From Candidatus Omnitrophota bacterium (GTDB lineage Bacteria; Omnitrophota; Gorgyraeia; Zapsychrales; JANLHA01), in NCBI GenBank assembly GCA_963662715.1, contig OY759724.1, positions 2,370,001 to 2,402,000 of the forward strand: DNA of 32,000 bases, given 5' to 3'. Under the pieces are notes generated by a model that did not search any database, had not been told where the DNA came from, and saw only the letters and a program-made list of their open reading frames with translations. This document shows positions 13,427-22,371 of this stretch, in pieces. Within the stretch, counting starts at the first letter, position 1. Every line of letters begins with the position of its first letter. The translations under genes were made by a program, and so were the position numbers.

Positions 13427-13544
13427 CCTGTTCCCTGAAATCGTGCCGTTTGCCCAAGAAGAGAAGAGGCCTTTTAGAAAAAATCCCAGCGATGAATTAA
13501 AAGAAAATTTTGATACAAGGAAATAATTTTGCTACAATAACACC

Positions 13545-13937
13545 ATGCGCCAGGAATTAAATGATATTTTATTTGAGATTTGTGAACAGGATCCCCGTTA
13601 TAAGGATGACGCTTATGAATTTGTCCTGGAAGCCCTGTCCTATACGCAAAAGAAACTGCGCCGCTCGCGCCATGTGACAGGAAAGGAGCTCCTGGAGGGG
13701 ATCAAGGAATTGCTCATTGAAAAATTCGGCCCTTTAACTCTTGCGGTTTTACAGCATTGGGGTATTTATACAACGGAAGACTTCGGCCATATTGTTTTTA
13801 ACATGGTTGACAAAAAAGTCTTAAGCAAGACCGAAGAAGACAATATCGAAAGCTTCAAAAACGTTTATGATTTTGAAACTGTTTTTACCAAGGGTTACCG
13901 GGACAGATTGGACAAGCAGATCAGCAGATTGAGATAG
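13545..13937 (+). CDS. Minf_1886-like conserved hypothetical protein (family described as Verrucomicrobia/Planctomycetes-restricted)
   Basis: 130 aa. DPRYKDDAYEFVLEALSYTQ...HVTGKELLEGIKELLIEKFGPLTLAVLQHWGIYTTEDFGHIVFNMVD matches my recollection of this family. Not verifiable here. Confidence 0.6.
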   Translation: MRQELNDILFEICEQDPRYKDDAYEFVLEALSYTQKKLRRSRHVTGKELLEGIKELLIEKFGPLTLAVLQHWGIYTTEDFGHIVFNMVDKKVLSKTEEDNIESFKNVYDFETVFTKGYRDRLDKQISRLR

Positions 13938-14108
13938 TTTGGCCATGGCCCCCGGGCACGGGGCTTAGGCATGCAGGGCTGAATGTGGCGTATTAAATAA
14001 ATAGAGAATCGCTTTTTCCGGGCAGGGTTCATGAACCTTGCCTTTTTTCTTATAGCTCGTTACGGGCGTATCTGTTTTGAAAGAGCCAACCATAAGAAAG
14101 GATCCTAT

Positions 14109-14528
14109 ATGTCTGCCTATTTTTACGCTGTTCTAACGGCTTTAACCTGGGGATGCGTTCCTTTGATCGAAAAGATGGGATTAGTTAAACTCCCTCCGCT
14201 GGTGGGGCTTTTTTACCGGTGTCTCGGGGTTATCGCCGGGATCGTGCTGCTTCTGCTTTTTAAGGGAAAAGACATACGGGCATCCATGGCTGAACTGCAT
14301 ACAGGGATGCTGTTTTTGGTCCTGGGGGGATTTCTGGCCAGCGTTGTCGGGCAGTTGTTTTTTTATCATTCCCTGAAGCACGGGGAAGCCTCGAAAGTCG
14401 TGCCCCTGGCGGCGACATATCCTCTGGTGAGTTTTTTGCTGGGGGTTATTCTTTTAGGCGAGAAGGTGACGGCGGTGAAAGTGGGGGGCCTCCTTTGCAT
14501 ATTGGCCGGTGTTTTCCTGCTGAAATAA
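14109..14528 (+). CDS. Small EamA-domain (DMT superfamily) membrane transporter
   Basis: Five hydrophobic helices. Ends LGEKVTAVKVGGLLCILAGVFLLK, typical of the EamA C-terminus. Start taken at the ATG at 14109, preceded by aagaaagga, rather than the track start 14031. Confidence 0.75.
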   Translation: MSAYFYAVLTALTWGCVPLIEKMGLVKLPPLVGLFYRCLGVIAGIVLLLLFKGKDIRASMAELHTGMLFLVLGGFLASVVGQLFFYHSLKHGEASKVVPLAATYPLVSFLLGVILLGEKVTAVKVGGLLCILAGVFLLK

Positions 14529-14596
14529 GGAGGCTGTGATAGCCTCCCCGGTTAGGGCGTTCCCGGGGATGAGCCTGCCGAAGACAATTTTATCAA

Positions 14597-16681
14597 ATGC
14601 GACCTTTAAAAGATATATCCGTTCAGTACATCAAAGGCGTCGGTCCGGCTAAGAAGAAACTGTTTGAAAAACTGGGCATTGAAAGTGTTGAGGATCTCCT
14701 TTATTTTTTTCCCCGCCGGTATGAGGACCGTACGAATCTGGTGCCCCTGTCCCTCCTGAAAGCCGGAGACTTCCAGGCTGTGAGCGGCCGGGTTCTGGCC
14801 CGGGGCTCCCGGCGGAGCTGGTATACAAAGAAGCATGTCTATGAAATGGCTGTCGGTGACGGACAGGGCAAGCTGTTTGTGGTCTGGTTCAATCAGCCGT
14901 ATTTGGACAAGTATTTCAGCGTCGGCCGTCAGGTGATCCTCTACGGGAAGGTTGAATTATATAAGAACCGTCTGCAGATGGTTTCCCCGGAATATGAGAT
15001 CATTGAACGGGAAGATGATTTAAAGTTGAATATGGGCAGGATTGTGCCTGTCTACCCTTTAACAAAAGGGATTTCCCAGCGCTATTTAAGAAAGGTTGTT
15101 TTTCAGTGTATAGAAAAACATTTGAAGGATATGCAGGATATTCTGCCTGTATGGCTGCGTAATAAATACCGCCTGTCGAATATCCAGCGCAGTTTGCGGA
15201 ATATCCATTTCCCGGAAAGTTTTGATTCCCAGGAAAGTTCGCATAAGCGTATTTCCTTTGAAGAGTTTTTCCTTTTTCAGATTTCCGTGATGAAACGCCG
15301 CATGAGCATCGTGACCCAGAAGGGTTATGCCCATGCCATACCCCTTTCCCTGGTGAACGAATTTGAGGCGGCGTTCCCTTTCTCATTAACCAGGGCCCAG
15401 CAGAGAGTTGTCCGTGAAATAGCCGCCGACATGCAGAAGCCCGCCCCGATGCTGCGCCTGCTGCAGGGAGACGTCGGCTCCGGGAAAACGGTTGTCGCGC
15501 TCTTCGGCTGTTTGGCCGCCGTCCGCAACAACCGGCAGGCCGCCCTCATGGCCCCGACGGAGATACTGGCCCGGCAGCATGCGTCTTCTTTGCAGGCCTT
15601 GCTGGAAGGGACGTCTTTTCAGGACACGAAGATAGCCCTGCTGATAAGCGGTATGCCAAAGAAGCAAAAGGAGCAGGTCTGCCGCCGGTTAAGGGACGGA
15701 GAGATTGATATCATGGTCGGGACCCATGCCCTTTTGAGTGAGCATGTGGATTTTGCGGATTTGAGTTTTGTGGTTATTGATGAACAGCATAAATTCGGCG
15801 TAAGGCAGCGGGCGCTGCTGACGTCCAAGGGCGCCAATCCGGATGTCATGGTGATGACGGCGACTCCCATCCCCAGAACGTTGAGCCTGACCCTTTTCGG
15901 GGATTTGGATGTTTCGACGATCGATGAGATGCCGAAAAACCGGGGTAAGGTCGTGACCCAGCTGTACACCGCAGAGCAGTCCGGGGAGGTTTATCGTCTT
16001 GTCAGGGAAAAGGTGCGGCAGGGAGAACAGGCCTATATTGTTTATCCTATTGTTGAGACATCAGAAAAGCTCGATCTTAAAGCGGCCCAGGCCATGTTCG
16101 AGCATTTCCAGGAACATGATTTTAAGGGCTTGAAGATCGGGCTGGCCCACGGGCAGATGAAAAGGGCGCAAAGTGACGAGGTCGTGGCGCAGTTCAAAAG
16201 ACATGAGATTCAAATCCTTGTGGCAACGACGATCCTGGAAGTCGGAATCGATGTCCCCAACGCCAGTATCATGGTTATTGAACATGCCGAACGCTTCGGC
16301 TTGTCGCAGCTTCATCAGTTAAGAGGGCGGATCGGCCGGGGGCGGAAAGATTCGGTCTGCTATCTTCTTGCCGATCCTGGGACCCAGGACGGAAATGCGC
16401 GGCTGGACGCGATTCTGTCTTCGACAGACGGATTTAAGATCGCGGAACAGGATCTGCTTATTCGGGGGCCAGGGCAATACTTCGGCCGGCACCAGCACGG
16501 CCTTAATGAACTGAGGTTCGCCAATCCGGCCACTCAGGTGGATATCCTGGAACTGGCCCGTAAAGAGGCCGAAGACCTGGTCCATCGTGATGTGAATCTG
16601 AGGGACCGGCAGAATATTTTATTAAAACAGACGATTTTGGAACGTTATCCGACCTATTTGAGCCATGTGCAGGCCGGCTAA
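14597..16681 (+). CDS. recG: ATP-dependent DNA helicase RecG
   Basis: 694 aa. N-terminal wedge domain, LTRAQQRV, Walker A GDVGSGKT, DEQHKFG, and helicase C motifs HGQM...QLHQLRGRIGRG. Confidence 0.95.
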   Translation: MRPLKDISVQYIKGVGPAKKKLFEKLGIESVEDLLYFFPRRYEDRTNLVPLSLLKAGDFQAVSGRVLARGSRRSWYTKKHVYEMAVGDGQGKLFVVWFNQPYLDKYFSVGRQVILYGKVELYKNRLQMVSPEYEIIEREDDLKLNMGRIVPVYPLTKGISQRYLRKVVFQCIEKHLKDMQDILPVWLRNKYRLSNIQRSLRNIHFPESFDSQESSHKRISFEEFFLFQISVMKRRMSIVTQKGYAHAIPLSLVNEFEAAFPFSLTRAQQRVVREIAADMQKPAPMLRLLQGDVGSGKTVVALFGCLAAVRNNRQAALMAPTEILARQHASSLQALLEGTSFQDTKIALLISGMPKKQKEQVCRRLRDGEIDIMVGTHALLSEHVDFADLSFVVIDEQHKFGVRQRALLTSKGANPDVMVMTATPIPRTLSLTLFGDLDVSTIDEMPKNRGKVVTQLYTAEQSGEVYRLVREKVRQGEQAYIVYPIVETSEKLDLKAAQAMFEHFQEHDFKGLKIGLAHGQMKRAQSDEVVAQFKRHEIQILVATTILEVGIDVPNASIMVIEHAERFGLSQLHQLRGRIGRGRKDSVCYLLADPGTQDGNARLDAILSSTDGFKIAEQDLLIRGPGQYFGRHQHGLNELRFANPATQVDILELARKEAEDLVHRDVNLRDRQNILLKQTILERYPTYLSHVQAG

Positions 16682-16701
16682 CAGGAAGATATGGTGAAAA
16701 A

Positions 16702-17265
16702 ATGAGAATCCTTACCGGACAATATAAAGGCCGGAATTTTTATATGCCGGCAGAAATACGCCCAACACAGAATATGGCCCGCAAAGCTATCTTCGATTTA
16801 ATGGGCCATGATTTAAGCGCGTTGGAAATCCTGGATTTATACGCCGGCAGCGGGGCGGTCGGCTTGGAGGCCCTGTCCTTAAACGCCAAAAAGGTGATTT
16901 TTGTTGATAAATCGCTTAAGTGTATGGATACGATTGCGGAAAATCTTGAGCTTTTGGGATTAAAGAGCGGGTTGTTCACGGACCCCCGTTGTGAACTGCT
17001 GCATGCCGATGCTCTGGTGGCGATCAAGACTTTTTTCCGGCAAAAAAGGGCTTTTGACGTCGTTTTTCTCGACCCGCCCTATAACTGCGGCTTCGTAAAA
17101 AAAACCTTGAAAACCCTATGTGCCTATGATATAGTACACCCCGTTTCTTTTGTTGTGGTCCAATTTAGCAAGTCTGAAGCTCTTCCTGATATGCAGGAAG
17201 GATTTACGTTAATTAAGCGCCGGCAATATGGAAAATCTTTCCTTGCTATTTTTCAAAAGAAATAA
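16702..17265 (+). CDS. rsmD: 16S rRNA (guanine966-N2)-methyltransferase RsmD
   Basis: MRILTGQYKGRNF...RPTQNMARKAIFDL, LDLYAGSGAVGLEALS and FLDPPY are the RsmD signature. Confidence 0.9.
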   Translation: MRILTGQYKGRNFYMPAEIRPTQNMARKAIFDLMGHDLSALEILDLYAGSGAVGLEALSLNAKKVIFVDKSLKCMDTIAENLELLGLKSGLFTDPRCELLHADALVAIKTFFRQKRAFDVVFLDPPYNCGFVKKTLKTLCAYDIVHPVSFVVVQFSKSEALPDMQEGFTLIKRRQYGKSFLAIFQKK

Positions 17266-17297
17266 TATTATTAATAGATATAAACAGTAGGTGCATA

Positions 17298-17780
17298 ATG
17301 ATCAGATCCGCTATATATCCAGGGACATTTGATCCTATTACTTACGGGCATATTGATCTTATTCAGCGTGCTACTGAGATCTTTGATAATGTTATTGTTG
17401 CTGTTGCCAGAAACGGGCATAAAAAGCCTTTATTCAGCCTGGAAGAGCGTTTTGAGATGCTGAAAGAGGCGACCAAGGATTTTCAGGGCTTAGAAGTCGA
17501 GGCCTTTGACGGATTAGTTGTCGATTTTGCGCGGGAAAAGAATGTCAAGATTCTTATCCGGGGCCTGCGGATGATTTCTGACTTCGAGTATGAATTTCAG
17601 ATGGCGCTAACAAACAGAAGGCTGGCTTCTCATGTTGAAACAGTATTTCTTATGCCTTCCGAGAGTTATTCCTTCTTGTCGTCCAGGCTGATCAAAGAAG
17701 CGGCTGTTTTAGGGGCGGATATTTCAAGCTTTGTGCCTGATAATGTGGCGGTCCGGTTAAAGGAAAAATTGCATTCATGA
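17298..17780 (+). CDS. coaD: Phosphopantetheine adenylyltransferase
   Basis: AIYPGTFDPITYGHIDLIQRA (T/HxGH motif) and ISSRLIKE-type C-terminal motif. 160 aa. Confidence 0.95.
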   Translation: MIRSAIYPGTFDPITYGHIDLIQRATEIFDNVIVAVARNGHKKPLFSLEERFEMLKEATKDFQGLEVEAFDGLVVDFAREKNVKILIRGLRMISDFEYEFQMALTNRRLASHVETVFLMPSESYSFLSSRLIKEAAVLGADISSFVPDNVAVRLKEKLHS

Positions 17781-18259
17781 GAATTCAAGTACGTTCGATC
17801 TCTCACGAAGGATTGAGGATACAAAAGTCCATTCAGGCGGAAGATATCGGACTGGCTGAAGAGGAATTTAACGTTCTGTCTCCGATTCACCTGGACATCA
17901 AAGCAGAGAAAGCCGGAGACGAACTCTGCGTTGCGGTAAAAGCCAGCGGGGTTTATGCTTTTTCCTGCGCCCGTTGCCTGAATGAGATCAGCAGAGAACA
18001 GCAGAATACATTTGATATATATTGCGACATAGACCCGGCCACGGATTTCGTTGACATTTCCGAAGATATCCGGCAGGAACTGGTTCTGGCTCTTACCTCG
18101 GGCGTTATCCTCTGCAAGCCGGATTGTCAGGGGATATGTCCTAATTGCGGTGTCAATTTGAACGATGAATCGTGCCGGTGTCCGGAGGATCTGAAGAATC
18201 CGGTTGTGATGAGAAAAGAAGGCGATCCGGAAGATAAGCCGCGGCGTTTGGCGATATGA
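17777..18259 (+). CDS. yceD: YceD/DUF177 family protein (large-subunit rRNA accumulation protein)
   Basis: ATGA overlap with coaD. Cys pairs CARC and CKPDCQGICPNCG. Conserved position directly upstream of rpmF. Confidence 0.85.
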   Translation: MRIQVRSISHEGLRIQKSIQAEDIGLAEEEFNVLSPIHLDIKAEKAGDELCVAVKASGVYAFSCARCLNEISREQQNTFDIYCDIDPATDFVDISEDIRQELVLALTSGVILCKPDCQGICPNCGVNLNDESCRCPEDLKNPVVMRKEGDPEDKPRRLAI

Positions 18260-18286
18260 CAGGTAAACAATCAAGGAGTGAAAATT

Positions 18287-18484
18287 ATGGCTCATCCTAA
18301 AAGGCAACATTCCAAACAACGAAGTCGTAAACGGAGGACCCACTGGAAAATATCTGTTCCAAGTCTCGGGGAATGTTCCAATTGTAAGAAGCCCGTGATT
18401 CCGCATCGTGTTTGTCCTTTTTGCGGTTTTTACAAAGGGAAAACCGTTGTCGAAATTAAGGTTAAAGAGAAGAAAAAGAAATAA
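18287..18484 (+). CDS. rpmF: 50S ribosomal protein L32
   Basis: MAHPKRQHSKQRSRKRR... with CxxC...CxxC zinc ribbon (CSNCKK, CPFCG). AAGGAG lies 8 nt upstream of the ATG at 18287. The track start 18278 is a GTG inside the RBS. Confidence 0.93.
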   Translation: MAHPKRQHSKQRSRKRRTHWKISVPSLGECSNCKKPVIPHRVCPFCGFYKGKTVVEIKVKEKKKK

Positions 18485-18623
18485 TATCCATGCCCTGAAA
18501 TTGTTGCCCGTGGAAGTGTCCGAGGGGAAGCCCCGGTGTATGTTAACCTCTTCTTTGACGCTTCTCCCCGGGCAGCAAATATTTAAATAAACCCATAACC
18601 TAATTTATGGTAGGGAGAAGGTT

Positions 18624-19613
18624 TTGAATATCGTCGTTGATGCTATGGGAGGGGATTATGCTCCGGCTGCGGTTGTTGAAGGAGTAGTTGAAGCCATCAA
18701 AGACTTTGAGATAAACGTAGTTCTGGTCGGTATTCAGGAACAAATCGAAGCAGAGTTAAAAAAATATTCTTATCCCCCCGAACGCCTTAACATCATGCAC
18801 GCTCCGGATGTGATCGGAATGCATGAGCCTGCCACTGTCAGCATCAGGAAAAAACGCAAATCATCCATTACCATGGGAATCAAGCTGCTGGAAGAGTCGA
18901 AGTATGACGCTTTTATCAGTGCCGGAAATACCGGAGCCGTTGTCGCCGCCTCAACCATCAACCTGGGCATGCTGCCCGGAGTGGAACGGCCCGGGATCGG
19001 GTTGGTCATCCCGACGCTCGACAGTTTTTCTTTTATGATCGATGTCGGAGCCAACACCGACCCCAAACCCAAGCATTTGCTGCAGTCGTCACTTATGGCT
19101 GTTGTCTACGCCCGGGAAGTCCTGGGGGTGCAGAATCCCCGGGTCGGGCTGCTTAATATCGGGGAAGAAGAATCAAAGGGTACGGACTTTGTGAAAGAAA
19201 CGCACCGGATGATGTCGGCGCGCCTTGATAATTTTGTCGGCAATATTGAAGCCAATGATATCTTTTCCGGACGGTGCAACTGCATCATCTGCGACGGCTT
19301 TGCCGGGAATATCGTCATTAAAGTCTCGGAACACCTTATGGAATCCGCTGCGACGCTTATCCGCCGGGAGATTAAGAAGAGCCCGCTGGCTTTGCTCGGC
19401 GCGTTCTTAATGAAAACCCGTCTGGAGCAGATTAAGCGTTATGCCGATTATTCGGAATACGGCGGCGCTCCGTTGCTGGGCGTGAACGGCCTGGTGATGA
19501 TCAGTCACGGACGCTCGAGTTCCAAGGCGATTAAGAACGCTATCCGGGCCGCGAAACGGGAAATCGAACATAATATCATTTCTATTATGATAAAGGAGAT
19601 AAAAGCTAAATGA
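18624..19613 (+). CDS. plsX: Phosphate acyltransferase PlsX
   Basis: 329 aa. IVVDAMGGDYAP, ISAGNTGA, GANTD and PLLGVNGLVMISHGRSS motifs. TTG start preceded by gggagaagg. Confidence 0.93.
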   Translation: MNIVVDAMGGDYAPAAVVEGVVEAIKDFEINVVLVGIQEQIEAELKKYSYPPERLNIMHAPDVIGMHEPATVSIRKKRKSSITMGIKLLEESKYDAFISAGNTGAVVAASTINLGMLPGVERPGIGLVIPTLDSFSFMIDVGANTDPKPKHLLQSSLMAVVYAREVLGVQNPRVGLLNIGEEESKGTDFVKETHRMMSARLDNFVGNIEANDIFSGRCNCIICDGFAGNIVIKVSEHLMESAATLIRREIKKSPLALLGAFLMKTRLEQIKRYADYSEYGGAPLLGVNGLVMISHGRSSSKAIKNAIRAAKREIEHNIISIMIKEIKAK

Positions 19614-20587
19614 GAAGTGTCGGAATTGTTGCCACAGGCTCTTTTGTGCCTGATAAAGTTTTAACGAATGCTGATTTAGAAAAGATGGTTGACACCTCGG
19701 ATGAATGGATATTAACCCGTACAGGCATTAAAGAACGGAGAATCGCCGAGAAGCACGAGCGGAACAGTTTTCTGGCCAGCCGGGCGGCCAAAGATGTCTT
19801 GGCCCGCTCTCCGGTCAAAGCGGAAGATATCGAGTTGATCGTCGTGGCTACCATCAGCCCGGACAGCCCTTTCCCGTCGGTTGCCTGTCTTGTTCAAAAA
19901 GAAATCGGTGCGAAGAAAGCCGCGGCTTTTGATGTCAGTGCGGCCTGTGCCGGTTTCCTGTATGCTTTGACGACGGCGAAACAATATATCCAGACGGGCC
20001 TTTATAACAATGCCCTTGTGATCGCGGCTGAAAAATTCACTTCCTTTATCGACTGGAACGACCGCAGCACCTGCGTTCTTTTCGGTGACGGGGCCGGGGC
20101 CTGTATGCTGGCTCCTGTTGAAGACGGTAAAGGTATTGTCTCAGACCATCTTTTTTCCCAGGGGGATTCGGCAGAGCTTATGGCGGTGATCGTTGAGGAC
20201 CGGGAGCCTCTTAACCAGCAGAATACCATGATGCGTATCCCTTATGTGGAGATGCGCGGCCAGGAATTGTTTAAAGTCGCTGTCACATCCATGGCTGATG
20301 TCGCAAAGCTCGCTTTGCAAAAAGCCGGAGTCGGCATCGAGGACGTCGATTGCCTCGTGCCTCATCAGGCGAACGACCGGATTATTTCTGCCGTTGCCAA
20401 GAGGCTGGGGGTGCCCAAGGACAAGTTTTATATCAATATCCACCGTTACGGAAATATGTCGGCCGCTTCTTTGGCTGTCGCGCTGCACGAAGCCATTGCG
20501 GAAGGCCAGATTAAAGAAGGTTCTAACGTCGTATTGGCTGCCTTTGGTGCCGGACTCGTATCAGCCGCCAATGTCGTGAAGTTCTGA
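19610..20587 (+). CDS. fabH: 3-oxoacyl-ACP synthase III
   Basis: ATGA overlap with plsX. Catalytic Cys in AACAGFLYAL, His in VPHQAN, Asn in YGNMSAAS. Confidence 0.95.
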   Translation: MRSVGIVATGSFVPDKVLTNADLEKMVDTSDEWILTRTGIKERRIAEKHERNSFLASRAAKDVLARSPVKAEDIELIVVATISPDSPFPSVACLVQKEIGAKKAAAFDVSAACAGFLYALTTAKQYIQTGLYNNALVIAAEKFTSFIDWNDRSTCVLFGDGAGACMLAPVEDGKGIVSDHLFSQGDSAELMAVIVEDREPLNQQNTMMRIPYVEMRGQELFKVAVTSMADVAKLALQKAGVGIEDVDCLVPHQANDRIISAVAKRLGVPKDKFYINIHRYGNMSAASLAVALHEAIAEGQIKEGSNVVLAAFGAGLVSAANVVKF

Positions 20588-20747
20588 TTTGAGCGGCAAG
20601 CCCGAAGAGCCGTCCGTCCCGGATGCCGGTTTTTGCCCGGGCGGCCCCGCCGCAACTCTCATTTCGGACTTGAAATTCCCAGGACGCGAACGAAGAGATG
20701 ATATTCACCAGAGGGCACAACACGGCTAAAATCCGGAAAGGACATTT

Positions 20748-21659
20748 ATGAAAAAAGCTGCTTTTATATTCCCCGGCCAGGGCGCCCAGTACGTCGGTAT
20801 GGGCAAGGCGTTATATGACGCTTCCCCTGAGGCTAAAACTGTTTTTGAACAGGCGGACAAAATTTTAGGAAAGGACTTAACGCGGGTCATCTTCGAAGGC
20901 CCCGATGAAACCCTGATGTCCACGGCGTATTGCCAGCCGGCGATATTGACGGTGAGTTTTGCTGCGGTGAAGGCTTTGCAGGCGCGGGATATTCGGCCGG
21001 AGTTTGTCGCCGGATTGAGCCTGGGTGAACTGTCGGCTCTTGCCGTGAGCGGAGCGTTAAGCTTTGAAGAAACGCTTAAGCTGGTTGAGCGCCGGGCCGC
21101 TTTTATGGAGGAGGCGACAAAACTCAATGCCGGAAAAATGGCCGCGGTCATCGGCCTGGAAAAACAGCAGATTGCTGATGCCTGTCAGGCGACGGGCGCC
21201 GAGGTCGCCAATTTTAATTCTCCGCAGCAGATCGTCATTACCGGGCATGCGGATAAAGTGGATGCGGCCTGCCGGGTGCTTAAAGAGGCCGGAGCGAAAA
21301 ACGTTGTCGTGCTGGACGTGGCCGGAGCTTTTCATTCAAGCTTGATGCAGACGGCGGAAGATAAATTTAAAGAGGAACTGCAGCAATATGATTTTAAGCC
21401 GGCGAGCATCCCGATTGTTTCCAACGTGGACGCCAGACCGGCTGTCCGGCCCGAAGTGATCCGAAGTAATCTTGCGCGGCAAATTACATCTTCTGTCCAG
21501 TGGGTCGATTCGGTGAACTTTATGGCCGGGCAGGGGGTGGAGTCTTTTTTTGAGGTCGGTCCCGGGAAAGTCCTGAAAGGATTAATGCGGCGGATCAATA
21601 AGGGCTTGACGGTGCAGAATATTGAAAAGCCGGAAGACATTGCGGCACTTGACCTTTAG
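20748..21659 (+). CDS. fabD: Malonyl-CoA:ACP transacylase
   Basis: FIFPGQGAQYVGMG, active-site GLSLGELSAL, GAFHS. Confidence 0.95.
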   Translation: MKKAAFIFPGQGAQYVGMGKALYDASPEAKTVFEQADKILGKDLTRVIFEGPDETLMSTAYCQPAILTVSFAAVKALQARDIRPEFVAGLSLGELSALAVSGALSFEETLKLVERRAAFMEEATKLNAGKMAAVIGLEKQQIADACQATGAEVANFNSPQQIVITGHADKVDAACRVLKEAGAKNVVVLDVAGAFHSSLMQTAEDKFKEELQQYDFKPASIPIVSNVDARPAVRPEVIRSNLARQITSSVQWVDSVNFMAGQGVESFFEVGPGKVLKGLMRRINKGLTVQNIEKPEDIAALDL

Positions 21660-21861
21660 CCCTCCCGAAATAATCCGCGTCACTTATCCCGCAAAAAGAT
21701 GCAGCTGTGATAAGGAAGAGGCTTCTGCGCTTATTTTTTCCCGCGGAGCTGATTTTTTTTGTGTTTTTCTGACCCGAATATGTTTTTTTTACCCTGCATT
21801 TTAAAAACCACTTCTTTTATCTCAATTGTTGAAAATTTTGTTATAATAATTACGAATTATC

Positions 21862-21891
21862 TTGACGGTAAATAGACATCACTACTATAAT
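21862..21891 (+). promoter_or_regulatory. Candidate sigma70-type promoter for the FabZ-like/KAS operon
   Basis: TTGACG (21862-21867), 18-nt spacer, TATAAT (21886-21891), in an AT-rich 260-nt gap after fabD. 27 nt upstream of the ATG at 21919. Confidence 0.4.
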
Positions 21892-21918
21892 TAAAAATAT
21901 TAGTAGTAAGTTTACTAT

Positions 21919-22371
21919 ATGTCGCAAAAAATTAATAATTATCAGTTGCATAAAATCCTTCCGCACACTTATCCTTTTCTTTTAATAGACTATGTAGAAA
22001 AATTTACGAAAGGGAAAAACCTCACAGCCATTAAAAATATTACGGTCAACGAATGGCCGTTTACAGGCCGGGTCAATTTCTCTAACCGCTACCCGGAAAT
22101 ACTGCTGATAGAAGCGTCCGCTCAGGCCGCATTGGTTTTGTATTATTTGACTTTTGAAGATGACCCGAACCGCCCGTTGCCGATTATCGGCCGGGTCGCG
22201 GCGGAGTTTGCCGGGGATGTCTCTGCGGGGGATCAGGTCAGAATCGAAGTGACCGGCGGGAAGTATATGCGAAAAGGAGGGTATTCGTTTATTGATATCT
22301 TTCACGATCAGCAGGTTTTGGCGCGGATTAAAATTATTTACGGAGTCTTACCCAGGAAAAGAACGTTATGA
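21919..22371 (+). CDS. FabZ/FabA-like hotdog-fold protein with catalytic His replaced by Arg
   Basis: LPHTYPFLLIDYV...AIKNITVNEWPFTGRVNF...ILLIEASAQA aligns position-for-position with E. coli FabZ LPHRFPFLLVDRV...NEPFFQGHFPG...LILEAMAQA. The His of GHFP is Arg51 (cgg, 22069-22071). The Glu is retained. Confidence 0.8.
   Translation: MSQKINNYQLHKILPHTYPFLLIDYVEKFTKGKNLTAIKNITVNEWPFTGRVNFSNRYPEILLIEASAQAALVLYYLTFEDDPNRPLPIIGRVAAEFAGDVSAGDQVRIEVTGGKYMRKGGYSFIDIFHDQQVLARIKIIYGVLPRKRTL

Noticed and set aside
17666-18406. 246-aa minus-strand ORF, long enough to look real
   Set aside because: It is antisense to coaD, yceD and rpmF, all of which carry diagnostic motifs on the plus strand. It is a shadow ORF.
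21622-21804. 60-aa plus-strand ORF after fabD, and 18408..18590 after rpmF
   Set aside because: They overlap gene ends and intergenic T-rich sequence, with no RBS or motifs. They are likely non-coding.
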